DNA from: Fibrobacteria bacterium | Lineage (GTDB): Bacteria; Fibrobacterota; Fibrobacteria; UBA11236 | Assembly: GCA_043745805.1 (NCBI GenBank) | Contig: JAYTSD010000004.1 | Location: 32,001-96,000 of the forward strand | DNA: 64,000 nucleotides | Reading direction: 5' to 3' | Part shown: one piece after another, positions 19,450-29,110 of the stretch | Numbering within the stretch: the first letter of the stretch is position 1 | How the letters are laid out: each line of letters begins with the position of its first letter | Position numbers and translations under genes: made by a program | Notes under the pieces: model-generated | What the model saw: the letters and a program-made list of their open reading frames with translations, nothing else | Told to the model about the DNA's origin: nothing | Databases searched by the model: none

Positions 19450-21504
19450 ATGCAAGTAAAGCCAGTGAAAAAAACTTTTTATGTCACTACTCCCATCTAT
19501 TATGTGAATGATGCCCCTCATATTGGTCATTCCTATACCACGGTTTTAGCAGATGTATTAAATCGCTATCATCGCTTAGCGGGTGATTCTGTTTACTTTT
19601 TAACTGGTACCGATGAACATGGCCAAAAAGTTCAACAAGCCGCTGAAGCCAAAGGTTTAAATCCACAGGCACATTGCGATTTATATTCCGAACGCTTTCG
19701 TCAAGCGTGGACAAAGCTCAATATTGGTTATGATGATTTTATCCGTACCACGGATCCTAAACATAAAGCCTATGTACAAAAAATTCTTTCCCAACTTTGG
19801 GAGGCCGGTCAAATTTATGCGAATGAATACGAAGGCTGGTATTCCACGGGCGAAGAACGCTTCTTCACGGAAAAAGAATTAGTCGATGGCAAAGATCCTA
19901 TTAGTGGACGTCCCGTCGAAAAAATTCGTGAGAAAAATTATTTCTTTAAAATGTCTACTTATCAAACATGGTTGATAGAGTACATTCAACAAAATCCAGA
20001 TTTCATTTTACCGGATTTTCGCCGCAATGAAGTGCTGGGTTTTTTACGTCAGCCTTTAAATGATCTTTGCATTAGTCGACCCAAAAGCCGTTTGTCTTGG
20101 GGAGTTACCTTGCCCTTCGATGAAGATTATGTGGCCTATGTTTGGGTGGACGCTTTATTTAATTATTGCTCTGCGGTTGACGGAAAAACTCATGCGAGCG
20201 GTGAACGCATTTGGCCAGCCAGCTGTCATTTGATAGGCAAAGATATTCTCACCACCCATGCCGTATATTGGCCAACACTTTTAAAAGCCGTAGGTTACCC
20301 TTTGCCCAAACATATTTTGGCGCACGGCTGGTGGTTAATTGATAATGCCCGTATGAGTAAAACTACTGGTAATGTCGTCGATCCTTTTGTTATGGCCGAA
20401 AAATATGGCGTAGATGAATTTCGTTATTTTCTCATTCGCGATATGGTACTTGGCCAAGATGCCTCCTTTAGTGAGACGGGTTTTGTTTTACGTTTAAATT
20501 CCGATCTCGCTAATGATTTGGGAAATGGCTTAAGTCGAATTTTAAAATTATCCCAAGCTTTACAAGGTAACCTAGAAGTTAAACCTTCTTTATTACCTGA
20601 AGATATTGAATTACGCAACCTTGCAATAAACATGGCCTCCTCCTGCTTAGAAAAAGTAGCGGCCTATAAATTATCCTTTGCCGTAGAAGATATTTTACAG
20701 GTGATTCGTGCCGTGAATAAATATTTGGAAAACACGGCTCCTTGGAAATTAGTAAAACAAGGTGCCGACAATACGGAAGCCTGGGTGCGCTTGCAAACCG
20801 TGTTATTTCATGGTGCCGAAACTTTACGCCTAGTTTGCACGCTCATGCAACCTATTATGCCAGTTAAAATGGAAACCGCCCTTAAGGCTTTAGGATTCAC
20901 TTCCGAAAAATCATTATTACACTGGGGCCTAGCGCCTTTACAAACTCAGGAAATCAGCCCTTTATTTCCCCGTATTCACGATGGGCTAGAGAAATTGCCT
21001 GGTAACTCAGGGGCTACCTCCATCCAGCCAACTGATCCCTTTTCCTGCGTACAGCTTAAAGTGGCTGAAATTGTTGCGGTAGAAGATCATCCTAATGCTG
21101 AAAGCTTATATAAACTCCAAGTTCGAGTAGGTGAAGACATTCGTACGGTATGTGCGGGATTAAAAAAATATTATACTCCCGAAGCCCTACTTCATCACAA
21201 AGTGATTTTGGTTGCCAATCTTAAGCCTGCCAATTTACGGGGAGTGGAAAGTGCGGGAATGATTTTGGCTGCCGATTTACCCGAAGGCCGCATAACTTTG
21301 ATACAGGCTAGCAAAGGTGAATCCGGTGAGGATATTCACTGCGAAGGAATTTCTTCGATCCCCAAACCACAGCTTACATTAAAAGAATTTGAAAAATGTC
21401 GCTTAAGCATAAAAGAAGGCAAAGTCCAATATGCCAATAAACCTTTACTTTGCCAAAATGATTTTGTTTTTGCGAATGCCCCCGATGGAGCATCCGTACA
21501 TTAA
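19450..21504 (+). CDS. metG: Methionine--tRNA ligase with C-terminal tRNA-binding OB domain
   Basis: TTPIYYVN..PHIGH, GTDEHG, YVWVDAL, RMSKT, NLKPANLRGVESAGM. Confidence 0.97.
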   Translation: MQVKPVKKTFYVTTPIYYVNDAPHIGHSYTTVLADVLNRYHRLAGDSVYFLTGTDEHGQKVQQAAEAKGLNPQAHCDLYSERFRQAWTKLNIGYDDFIRTTDPKHKAYVQKILSQLWEAGQIYANEYEGWYSTGEERFFTEKELVDGKDPISGRPVEKIREKNYFFKMSTYQTWLIEYIQQNPDFILPDFRRNEVLGFLRQPLNDLCISRPKSRLSWGVTLPFDEDYVAYVWVDALFNYCSAVDGKTHASGERIWPASCHLIGKDILTTHAVYWPTLLKAVGYPLPKHILAHGWWLIDNARMSKTTGNVVDPFVMAEKYGVDEFRYFLIRDMVLGQDASFSETGFVLRLNSDLANDLGNGLSRILKLSQALQGNLEVKPSLLPEDIELRNLAINMASSCLEKVAAYKLSFAVEDILQVIRAVNKYLENTAPWKLVKQGADNTEAWVRLQTVLFHGAETLRLVCTLMQPIMPVKMETALKALGFTSEKSLLHWGLAPLQTQEISPLFPRIHDGLEKLPGNSGATSIQPTDPFSCVQLKVAEIVAVEDHPNAESLYKLQVRVGEDIRTVCAGLKKYYTPEALLHHKVILVANLKPANLRGVESAGMILAADLPEGRITLIQASKGESGEDIHCEGISSIPKPQLTLKEFEKCRLSIKEGKVQYANKPLLCQNDFVFANAPDGASVH

Positions 21505-21548
21505 AAATGTTAATCTTAAATTTTATCCCGTAGCAAGTAGGAAATATT

Positions 21549-22991
21549 ATGAACGCTGAAAACCCTCAATTAACGCCCTCAAATGCTACTTCTGCAGCTG
21601 CGCCGAGTATGAAAATTATTGAGCCACAACCTCCTTTACCCGATTATTCACTCGATCAATTTCCGGCTGATATTCGTGCCATGATTGCAAAGCATAATTG
21701 GAAAGATTTAATGTTGGTGCAAAAAAAGGCTATTCCTTATTTGCTTAATGCCCAAGATATTATTGTGCAAAGTAAAACGGGTTCTGGAAAAACCGGCGCC
21801 TTCGTGTTACCTCTTTTGCAAATCATCGAAAAAAGTCATGTGGCGCCACAGGCTTTAATCATGGTACCAACACGTGAATTAGCGGTACAAGTTTATGAAG
21901 AAACCTTAAGACTTTGTGAACCCTTAGGCATCAAAGCCGTTTCTATTTTTGGAGGCGTTTCATATGGACCGCAATTAGAAGCTCTAAAAAATGGAGTGCA
22001 TATTGTGGTGGGTACTCCTGGACGCTTGCTCGATCATATTTTGAATGGCCATTTTAAATTGGATTCTATTCGCGACTTGGTTTTAGATGAAGCCGATGAA
22101 TTATTATCCATGGGTTTTTATCCCGACATGAAACGTATTCATGGTTTATTGCCGAAAGATCGTTGCACCTATTTATTCTCGGCTACTATCCCCGTTAATG
22201 TGAAAAGATTAGCCTTAGAATTTATGCGTCAGCCCAAATTCTTGAGTTTATGTCCTACCGAAATTTCGGTATCAAATATGGAACATGAATATTATGTTGT
22301 GGATTTAGCCGACAAAGATAAAACGCTCTTTCAACTCATAGAATGGACTAATCCGGAGTCCGCCATAATTTTTTGTAATACCCGTAAAGATACCAGTTAT
22401 GTTTATGAATTTTTACGCGCACGCGGATTAAAACTGGGAATTATCTCCGGCGAAATTGAGCAAAAAAATCGTCAAAAAGTAATGAAAGAATTAAAAAATG
22501 GAGAAATTCGTTTTCTAGTCGCAACGGATGTAGCCGCTCGGGGCATTGATATACAAGGCCTTACCCATGTATTTATGTACGATCATCCTGCCGATCCCGA
22601 AATTTATGTGCATCGTTCTGGACGCACCGCTCGCGCAGGAAATTCAGGTTTAGCGATTTCTATTGTAGGTCATGTAGAAGAAATTTCATTACGCAATACA
22701 GCTAATCAATTCGGCATTCCTTTTGTAAAAAAATCTTTGCCTAGCGAAGCGAGTATTACGGCTTTAATCAGCGAAAGAACTACAGTTTATTTGGAACAAG
22801 AATATCGCCAAATCAAACAACCCGAAAGACAAGGTGCGGAACGCATGTTACCCCTCCTCAATGCCTTAATCAATTCCGAAGATGAGAAAAAAGTTTTAGG
22901 AATGATACTGAATAAATTCTATTGGGAAAAATTTACTGGCTTAAAGGCAGATGAAATTGTCCCCAAATTAGCGCAAGAGTCTGAAGCTTAA
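21549..22991 (+). CDS. DEAD-box ATP-dependent RNA helicase
   Basis: SKTGSGKT, PTRELA, GTPGR, LDEAD, SAT, ARGID, HRSGRTAR. Confidence 0.96.
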   Translation: MNAENPQLTPSNATSAAAPSMKIIEPQPPLPDYSLDQFPADIRAMIAKHNWKDLMLVQKKAIPYLLNAQDIIVQSKTGSGKTGAFVLPLLQIIEKSHVAPQALIMVPTRELAVQVYEETLRLCEPLGIKAVSIFGGVSYGPQLEALKNGVHIVVGTPGRLLDHILNGHFKLDSIRDLVLDEADELLSMGFYPDMKRIHGLLPKDRCTYLFSATIPVNVKRLALEFMRQPKFLSLCPTEISVSNMEHEYYVVDLADKDKTLFQLIEWTNPESAIIFCNTRKDTSYVYEFLRARGLKLGIISGEIEQKNRQKVMKELKNGEIRFLVATDVAARGIDIQGLTHVFMYDHPADPEIYVHRSGRTARAGNSGLAISIVGHVEEISLRNTANQFGIPFVKKSLPSEASITALISERTTVYLEQEYRQIKQPERQGAERMLPLLNALINSEDEKKVLGMILNKFYWEKFTGLKADEIVPKLAQESEA

Positions 22992-23221
22992 TTTTTTAAG
23001 CCTAACATTTTCATTCTTTCTTCCGTTAATTTAATTTTTGATTGCGCCTGCGAGCAGGCGGAATCCTCTTTCCAAGCCTGTTCATATTGCCTCAAAGCGT
23101 TTTTATAATTGCCTTGAGAAAACTCGAAATCCCCCGTTTGCACGGTTTTAATGCAGTCCGTTTCACAGCCTAATAATCCCACTAAGCTCAAAATTCCCAT
23201 AATTTTTAAGGTCAAATGCAT
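22988..23221 (-). CDS. Small TPR-like lipoprotein
   Basis: Lipobox LLGC; TPR-like GDFEFSQGNYKNALRQYEQA; GGGAG RBS upstream. Confidence 0.6.
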   Translation of the reverse strand: MHLTLKIMGILSLVGLLGCETDCIKTVQTGDFEFSQGNYKNALRQYEQAWKEDSACSQAQSKIKLTEERMKMLGLKN

Positions 23222-23319
23222 TTGGTTACTCCCATATTGCTGAACCCACCGATTTTCAATGTAAAAGGCTTTTAACTGCCCTTTCCCTAAAGTTACGCAT
23301 TTTCTAATTTCCTACTTGG

Positions 23320-24075
23320 ATGAATAAAATTAAAATCAAAACCGAAAAAGAAATTGGGCTAATGCGCGAAAGTTGTCGCTTAGCGGCAGAAGTTTTAGCC
23401 CGCGCGGGCGAACTTGTTAAACCTGGTATTTCCACTTTGGAAATTGATAGGTTTGTTCACGATTATACCGTGAAAAATGGAGCCTATCCTTCCCCACTCA
23501 ATTATCATGGTTTTCCTAAATCAGTCTGTACATCCGTTAATCACGTGGTATGTCACGGTATTCCAAATTCACAGATTTTAAAAGAAGGTGATATCATTAA
23601 CATTGATGTTACCTGTTATTTAAATGGTTATCATGGCGATACTTCCAAAACTTATGCCGTAGGAAAAATCAGTTCCGCGGCCAAAAAACTAATGGATGTT
23701 ACCTATCGCTGTTTAGAAGAAGGTGTCGCGGCGGCAAGCCCTGGAAATTATTTTGGAGATATTGGACGAGCCATTCAAGATTTAGCGGATGAATACGACT
23801 ATGGAGTCGTTCGCCAATTTTGTGGTCATGGTATTGGCCGTGCTTTTCATGAAGATCCTATGGTATTGCATTATCGCACTTCTGGTCGCGGTACAAAAAT
23901 TACTGAAGGCATGGTGTTTACGGTAGAGCCGATGATTAATGAAGGTTCTGATGATGTTTATGTAGCAGAAGACGGTTGGACCGTTTTTACGAAGGATGGC
24001 AAGCTCTCCGCTCAATACGAACATACTTTGGCGATGACTCGAAATGGACCGGAAGTATTAACTCGTTTTGAGTAA
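23320..24075 (+). CDS. map: Methionine aminopeptidase, type I
   Basis: FPKSVCTSVN..CHGIP, NIDVT, HGDTS, GHGIG..FHEDP, FTVEPM, SAQYEHT. Confidence 0.98.
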   Translation: MNKIKIKTEKEIGLMRESCRLAAEVLARAGELVKPGISTLEIDRFVHDYTVKNGAYPSPLNYHGFPKSVCTSVNHVVCHGIPNSQILKEGDIINIDVTCYLNGYHGDTSKTYAVGKISSAAKKLMDVTYRCLEEGVAAASPGNYFGDIGRAIQDLADEYDYGVVRQFCGHGIGRAFHEDPMVLHYRTSGRGTKITEGMVFTVEPMINEGSDDVYVAEDGWTVFTKDGKLSAQYEHTLAMTRNGPEVLTRFE

Positions 24076-24102
24076 ATACTTTAATACTTCCCAGTTAAAA
24101 AC

Positions 24103-24591
24103 TTAAAAATCCTCTTCCTCATCCTTGATAACAAGAAGATCACTGGCATCCATTCCTTTTTCTTCCCATTTTCTCTTCAAACGATATAAATCATCTAAAC
24201 GAACATGAAAGCCTTTGGAATCATCATCCGTAATGCCTTGTAAAATTAAGAATTCACAAACCTCAATAGCCTTGTCTAAATTCTTTTGATTCTGATAATA
24301 AGTAATCAATGCCTTGCATTGGGTGCCTGTGAATTTGGGATTATAGCTATAGGATTTAATACTACGACGAAAAAAATCTAAAGAAAACTGAGCTAGAATT
24401 TCTTTATTCATTTTTGATCGACTTTCTTTTATTTTAAAAGTCAATAAATCCAAAAATTCATGCGCCAATTCCACTTTTTCGAAAAAGCTGGCTTCGCTGT
24501 TTTGATAGGCTGTATAGTCCTCCAGAATTTCAATTTGATCTTCTTTTAAACCATTAAGCAATTTTTCTAAAATTTCTTCTTTAGAATTCAC
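24103..24591 (-). CDS. Hypothetical helical protein with an acidic tail
   Basis: 162-aa ORF with GTG start and AAGGA RBS, downstream of the kinase gene; TPR-like YYQNQKNLDKAIEVCE. Confidence 0.65.
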   Translation of the reverse strand: MNSKEEILEKLLNGLKEDQIEILEDYTAYQNSEASFFEKVELAHEFLDLLTFKIKESRSKMNKEILAQFSLDFFRRSIKSYSYNPKFTGTQCKALITYYQNQKNLDKAIEVCEFLILQGITDDDSKGFHVRLDDLYRLKRKWEEKGMDASDLLVIKDEEEDF

Positions 24592-24653
24592 GAATTTCCT
24601 TTTTCAAAAATAGAGGTGTCAAAAAATTAAAACACCCTCTGTGTAGCTGTAAC

Positions 24654-25553
24654 CTAATACCCTCGAGCAAAAATTTGGGGTAAAATAATCTTCAAATGTT
24701 TCATCATTTCATGGGCATCACGAAAACGATTTTCCTTTTTCGGAGCCACAGCCTTAGCTAAAAAGTCACTCCATTCTGCAGGAATGGTAGGCATATGGTC
24801 GATTGCCATTCCCGTAAACATGTCTGGACTTTCTTTGGCTCGCGTCATAAATACCTTTTCAGGCCTTTCAACTTTCACTGGTAAAAATCCTAATGTAAGT
24901 TCTAAGAGTACACAACCAAAGGAAAATATATCGGCGCGTCCATCTACTGTTTCACCGCGCGCTTGTTCAGGAGAAACATACAATGGAGAACCTAAAACAA
25001 AGGATTTTTCTTCGCTATATACCGTATGAAAAACGGCGGCCAAACCAAAATCAGTGATCAATATTCTTTGGGTTTTTTCTAGCCACATAATATTTTCGGG
25101 TTTAATATCGCGATGTACCACCCCTTCGTCATGGGCAAAACCCAGTACATCTAATCCTTGTTCGGCTATGCGAGCTAATTCTTCCAGATTGGGTAGGCGC
25201 TTTAAGGGCGAGGGATGCTTCTTTTTTTGCTTTAACCATTGGCTTAAATTGATGCCATCTACCAATTGCATCACAAAATAAAGCAAATCTTCTCTTTCTC
25301 CGAATTCATAAATGGTCACAATATTTGGATGCATGAGATTCGCAGCCAACTCCGCCTCTTGGCGAAAACGCTCCGCGCTTAATAAGGGGTTCAAACGGCT
25401 ACGGAAAACCACTTTCATAGCGACAGGTCGACTCAAATTGTTTTGGAATCCTCGATAAACCACCCCCATACTGCCTTCCCCAATTTTTTGCAAAAGGGTG
25501 AAGTTGCCAAAAGTTTGTCCTGCGAGGTCGGGATGAGGTGTTTTTTGATTCAT
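24654..25553 (-). CDS. Soluble Hanks-type Ser/Thr protein kinase
   Basis: IGEGSMGVVY, VAMK, HRDIKPEN, DFG, GSPLYVSPEQ, DIFSFG; no TM. Confidence 0.95.
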   Translation of the reverse strand: MNQKTPHPDLAGQTFGNFTLLQKIGEGSMGVVYRGFQNNLSRPVAMKVVFRSRLNPLLSAERFRQEAELAANLMHPNIVTIYEFGEREDLLYFVMQLVDGINLSQWLKQKKKHPSPLKRLPNLEELARIAEQGLDVLGFAHDEGVVHRDIKPENIMWLEKTQRILITDFGLAAVFHTVYSEEKSFVLGSPLYVSPEQARGETVDGRADIFSFGCVLLELTLGFLPVKVERPEKVFMTRAKESPDMFTGMAIDHMPTIPAEWSDFLAKAVAPKKENRFRDAHEMMKHLKIILPQIFARGY

Positions 25554-25724
25554 TAATTAGGAACTCTTGCTTTGCGATGTTAACTTTATGTCGTTAAATG
25601 TAGCCCATTTTAATTTTATTATACACAAAATTAAGACTTAGGGTATAATTTTTGAAGCTTAGCTAGGAATGGCAAAATGCGAGATACGAAAAATGGAATG
25701 CCAAACCTTTGGAACAAAAAATAA

Positions 25725-27890
25725 ATGAGTAATGAAAAAGTATTTAGTCGCACCGATGCTGAAAATTTGGTACGGCAATGGAATTTATTTTACAATCGTA
25801 CCGTAGCTTATTCATTTGATCATCCCGTAGTACAAGAAACCATTCCCAAGGTGCACGAAGCCTTTTCTGTGCTACTGGCCGGTCAAAACCCACTCTCTTT
25901 ATTGTTTCAGGAGTTTGGATACTATATCGGTTATGTTGATTTAGTTTATCAGCCGAATAATCGTCGCGTAGCCGATCATTTACGTCGCTTTGGTCTAGAA
26001 TCCATTAGTATCACCGCTCCACTCAGCTTACATGATTTGTCTTTCTTTTTAGATGCTTGCACTTTAACCCATGCCAACCCTGCAAGCTTTGTGAGTTATC
26101 TCGTGAGTAATCATGTGAGCAGCTTTTCAGTAAATGATGTGAGCTTACAAACGGTAAAAGAGGGCGAAGTCGTCACGCATCATGGAAATGTAGGTAGTGG
26201 TGGCTCTGCAAGTGGAATGTCTGGAATTAGTGGAACTTATGATATTTCACCACAAAAAAGTTCTTTCGAAGAAATGGCTATGCGTATTGCTTTGGGGCAT
26301 ATTACCGCACAAGAACTCAATGCTAATTTAAATCTATTGCAAGTCTTAGAAAACCCCATGGCTTTGCCACAAGCGGTTTTAGAAAATTCGGCAAATGCCA
26401 AACCGGGTGATGAACCGATTGCCATTAAGCAAGCTCTGAACAATGTGATGCGTACTTTTAAAACTTCGGCTGAACAAGGCGATATGGCCATCGAAGATTT
26501 ATTAGCTGGCATGTACAATATGCGCGGAGAAATGTTACGCGCTATCAAAGCCCAACAAGGAATTGCTCAGTTTCTCAGTAAGCCCGATGAATTAGTGGAT
26601 TCGGCCAATGATATTTTCGCCCAAACTGCCGCACAACTTATTGTGACTGAGCATCAAAAATCCAATGGGAACATTAAAAAAACTGCACAAATCATTAAAC
26701 GTATAGTACCTGAAAAACAACATATGCAAAAGGTATTACCGTTGTTACGTACGGAACTACTCAAAGTGGGCGTGCCATTAATTGAGTATTATAATTTAAT
26801 CAGCGAATTGAATACTTTTTTAAATGCCGATGAAAGTTATTTGGAATTTTTGCATGCGGGCCAAAGCATAGGCGTTAGTCCGGATGAATTATTAAAAGAA
26901 CTCAATCAAAATCCCAAGCAAGCCGCACAACTTATAATTCTAGCCAGTGAAGTGCGACGCGTACAAAACAAAGATGGATCGGAAGATTTAATTCAGTCCC
27001 TTTCGGAATATGTAGAACGCGTAGGCGAAAGCATGGTCAAACAAGCAGAGTCCGCGCCCAATGAAACAGGGAAACTAAGTTCATTGCTTTTCCAAATGGA
27101 AAATGCCATTTCCTTAGAATTGCAAGATAAAGATATCCCTCCCGAAGCCAAGGTAATGGGACAACAAAAATTACGTATGCGCATGCAAAAAAATGTGCAA
27201 GATATTAAGACCAAAGCCGCCTTAACGCAACTGCGTAATGAAGGTTTAACTGAAGCCGAAAAAGCCCAATTTCTTTTAGAAATTTTTACCGACGAAAAAG
27301 AAATTGAAGAAACCTTAGATTTATTAACGGGTGGGGCTGGAGGCGATCAAGTCGCCAAAGAGATTGCGGACCAGGTAATGTCCAAGGTACGTCATGAAAC
27401 ACAAATACGTCGTGAAAAAAATAATTCTAAAGATTTACCGGCCGGTGTTTATGTCAAAGCCGTTTTAGATTTTTTTATTAAATTCGAAATTAGTCGCTCT
27501 CTGCGCTATAGCCTTCCCTTCAGTACGATATTACTTTCATTTCAAGGCTTATCCGAAGACAAAGCCAGTCATGATGCACAACCCGATGCTTTGCGTGGCC
27601 TGCAAAATGTATTAATTGGCGATTTGCGAAAATGCATGCGCGACTCCGATTTCATTGGTTATTTAAGCTTCAATCGCTTCTTAGTAGTTTTACCGATGAC
27701 GCAAGCAGCGGACCTAACACCGGTATTAAAAAAATATCGCGATCATTTAAATCGCCAAGTTGCCTTACCCAATGGACAAAGAATTTGGATACGTCCACGT
27801 TGTGGCGTAGCGAGCTTTGATAAAGAAAACCTAAATAGCTATCCCAAAATTTACCAAGAGCTGGTCAAGAGCTGGCAAAACGATCGGTAA
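25725..27890 (+). CDS. Large helical protein with a C-terminal degenerate GGDEF domain
   Basis: EISRSLRYSLPFSTILL...LRKCMRDSDFIGYLSFNRFLVVLPMT...CGVASF follows the GGDEF fold, with the signature replaced by SFNRF. Confidence 0.8.
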   Translation: MSNEKVFSRTDAENLVRQWNLFYNRTVAYSFDHPVVQETIPKVHEAFSVLLAGQNPLSLLFQEFGYYIGYVDLVYQPNNRRVADHLRRFGLESISITAPLSLHDLSFFLDACTLTHANPASFVSYLVSNHVSSFSVNDVSLQTVKEGEVVTHHGNVGSGGSASGMSGISGTYDISPQKSSFEEMAMRIALGHITAQELNANLNLLQVLENPMALPQAVLENSANAKPGDEPIAIKQALNNVMRTFKTSAEQGDMAIEDLLAGMYNMRGEMLRAIKAQQGIAQFLSKPDELVDSANDIFAQTAAQLIVTEHQKSNGNIKKTAQIIKRIVPEKQHMQKVLPLLRTELLKVGVPLIEYYNLISELNTFLNADESYLEFLHAGQSIGVSPDELLKELNQNPKQAAQLIILASEVRRVQNKDGSEDLIQSLSEYVERVGESMVKQAESAPNETGKLSSLLFQMENAISLELQDKDIPPEAKVMGQQKLRMRMQKNVQDIKTKAALTQLRNEGLTEAEKAQFLLEIFTDEKEIEETLDLLTGGAGGDQVAKEIADQVMSKVRHETQIRREKNNSKDLPAGVYVKAVLDFFIKFEISRSLRYSLPFSTILLSFQGLSEDKASHDAQPDALRGLQNVLIGDLRKCMRDSDFIGYLSFNRFLVVLPMTQAADLTPVLKKYRDHLNRQVALPNGQRIWIRPRCGVASFDKENLNSYPKIYQELVKSWQNDR

Positions 27891-28012
27891 TTTGGGAATA
27901 TACTGAAAGAATAGCGCTAAACAGAGCATACACAGAACACGTAAAAAGTCCTATTTTTGGGCCGCGGTGGATATTTTAAATTCATCCTTCTGGAAAGTTT
28001 TGGAAAGCACTC

Positions 28013-29011
28013 ATGTTTATTGACGAAACACTCATTTATGTCTCAGCGGGTCGAGGTGGCAGAGGCTGCGTTGGATTTCGCCGCGAAAAATATGTTCCCC
28101 GCGGTGGCCCCGATGGTGGCAATGGTGGTCGAGGTGGCCATATTATTTTTGAAGCTTCCGAAAATTATCATACCCTTTATGATATCGGTCAAAAAAGAAG
28201 ATTCCAAGCCGAGCATGGCGCACCGGGTAGTGGCAGCTTATCCACCGGAAAAAGTGGCGAGGATATCATTATTAAAGTTCCGGTCGGCACGCTCATTAAA
28301 GATGCCGAAACCGGCGAGTTACTCAAGGATTTACAAATCCATCAGGAAAAATTTATTGTCGCTAATGGTGGACGTGGCGGCTTAGGCAATGCTGTTTTTA
28401 AAAGCTCTATACAACGCACACCCTTAAAAACCGTTCCAGCAGCTGAAGGTGAAAGTCGCAAAATACTACTCGAACTAAAATTACTTGCCGATTGCGGTTT
28501 AGTTGGTTTTCCCAATGCCGGTAAAAGTTCGCTCATTCGCAAAATTTCTTCGGCAACACCCAAAGTAGCGGATTATCCTTTTACCACCATTAAACCTCAT
28601 TTAGGTTTAGTAAATGTGGGCGTGGGTCATAGCTTAGTTATTGTGGATATTCCAGGATTAATCGAAGGCGCTGCCGATGGCAAAGGTCTTGGACATCAAT
28701 TTTTAAAACACGTAGAACGTAGTTTTTGTTTGATCTTTGTAATCGATTTATCCGTTGAATCACCTTATGCGCAATACAAAACCTTACTGGCTGAATTAAA
28801 AAAATTTCAACCTTTATTGCTCAAAAAACCTCGCTTGATCGTTTTGAACAAAATTGATTTAGGCGAATATGAATTGGAAAAAGGATTTAAAAAAGAGAAA
28901 TGTCCTATTCTAAAAGTTTCGGCCATAGCGGGCACTGGCATGAAAGATTTAAAAAATGCTGCATGGAAAATGGTCGTCGATAGCGGCGGAAAAAATCTGG
29001 ATAAGTTTTAA
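28013..29011 (+). CDS. obgE: GTPase Obg/CgtA
   Basis: FRREKYVPRGGPDGGNGG, GFPNAGKS, YPFTT, DIPGLIEGA, NKID. Confidence 0.98.
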   Translation: MFIDETLIYVSAGRGGRGCVGFRREKYVPRGGPDGGNGGRGGHIIFEASENYHTLYDIGQKRRFQAEHGAPGSGSLSTGKSGEDIIIKVPVGTLIKDAETGELLKDLQIHQEKFIVANGGRGGLGNAVFKSSIQRTPLKTVPAAEGESRKILLELKLLADCGLVGFPNAGKSSLIRKISSATPKVADYPFTTIKPHLGLVNVGVGHSLVIVDIPGLIEGAADGKGLGHQFLKHVERSFCLIFVIDLSVESPYAQYKTLLAELKKFQPLLLKKPRLIVLNKIDLGEYELEKGFKKEKCPILKVSAIAGTGMKDLKNAAWKMVVDSGGKNLDKF

Positions 29012-29016
29012 TTAAA

Positions 29017-29058
29017 AATTTTCCGAGGTTTCATCCGCGATGCGAACCTTGGAAAATT
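29017..29058. repeat. Palindromic element, copy 1 (also a likely terminator between convergent obgE and actP)
   Basis: AATTTTCCGAGGTT-tcatccgcgatgcg-AACCTTGGAAAATT; core 29024-29045 is 21/22 identical to 31165-31186. Confidence 0.7.
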
Positions 29059-29110
29059 ACAAATACGTTTTGACTCCAATTTTTAAGGGAAGCATTTAGC
29101 TTCTCTTTTT

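Noticed and set aside
27957-28385. 142-aa alternative-frame ORF overlapping obgE
   Set aside because: A by-product of the Gly-rich, stop-poor Obg N-terminus; no recognisable motif.
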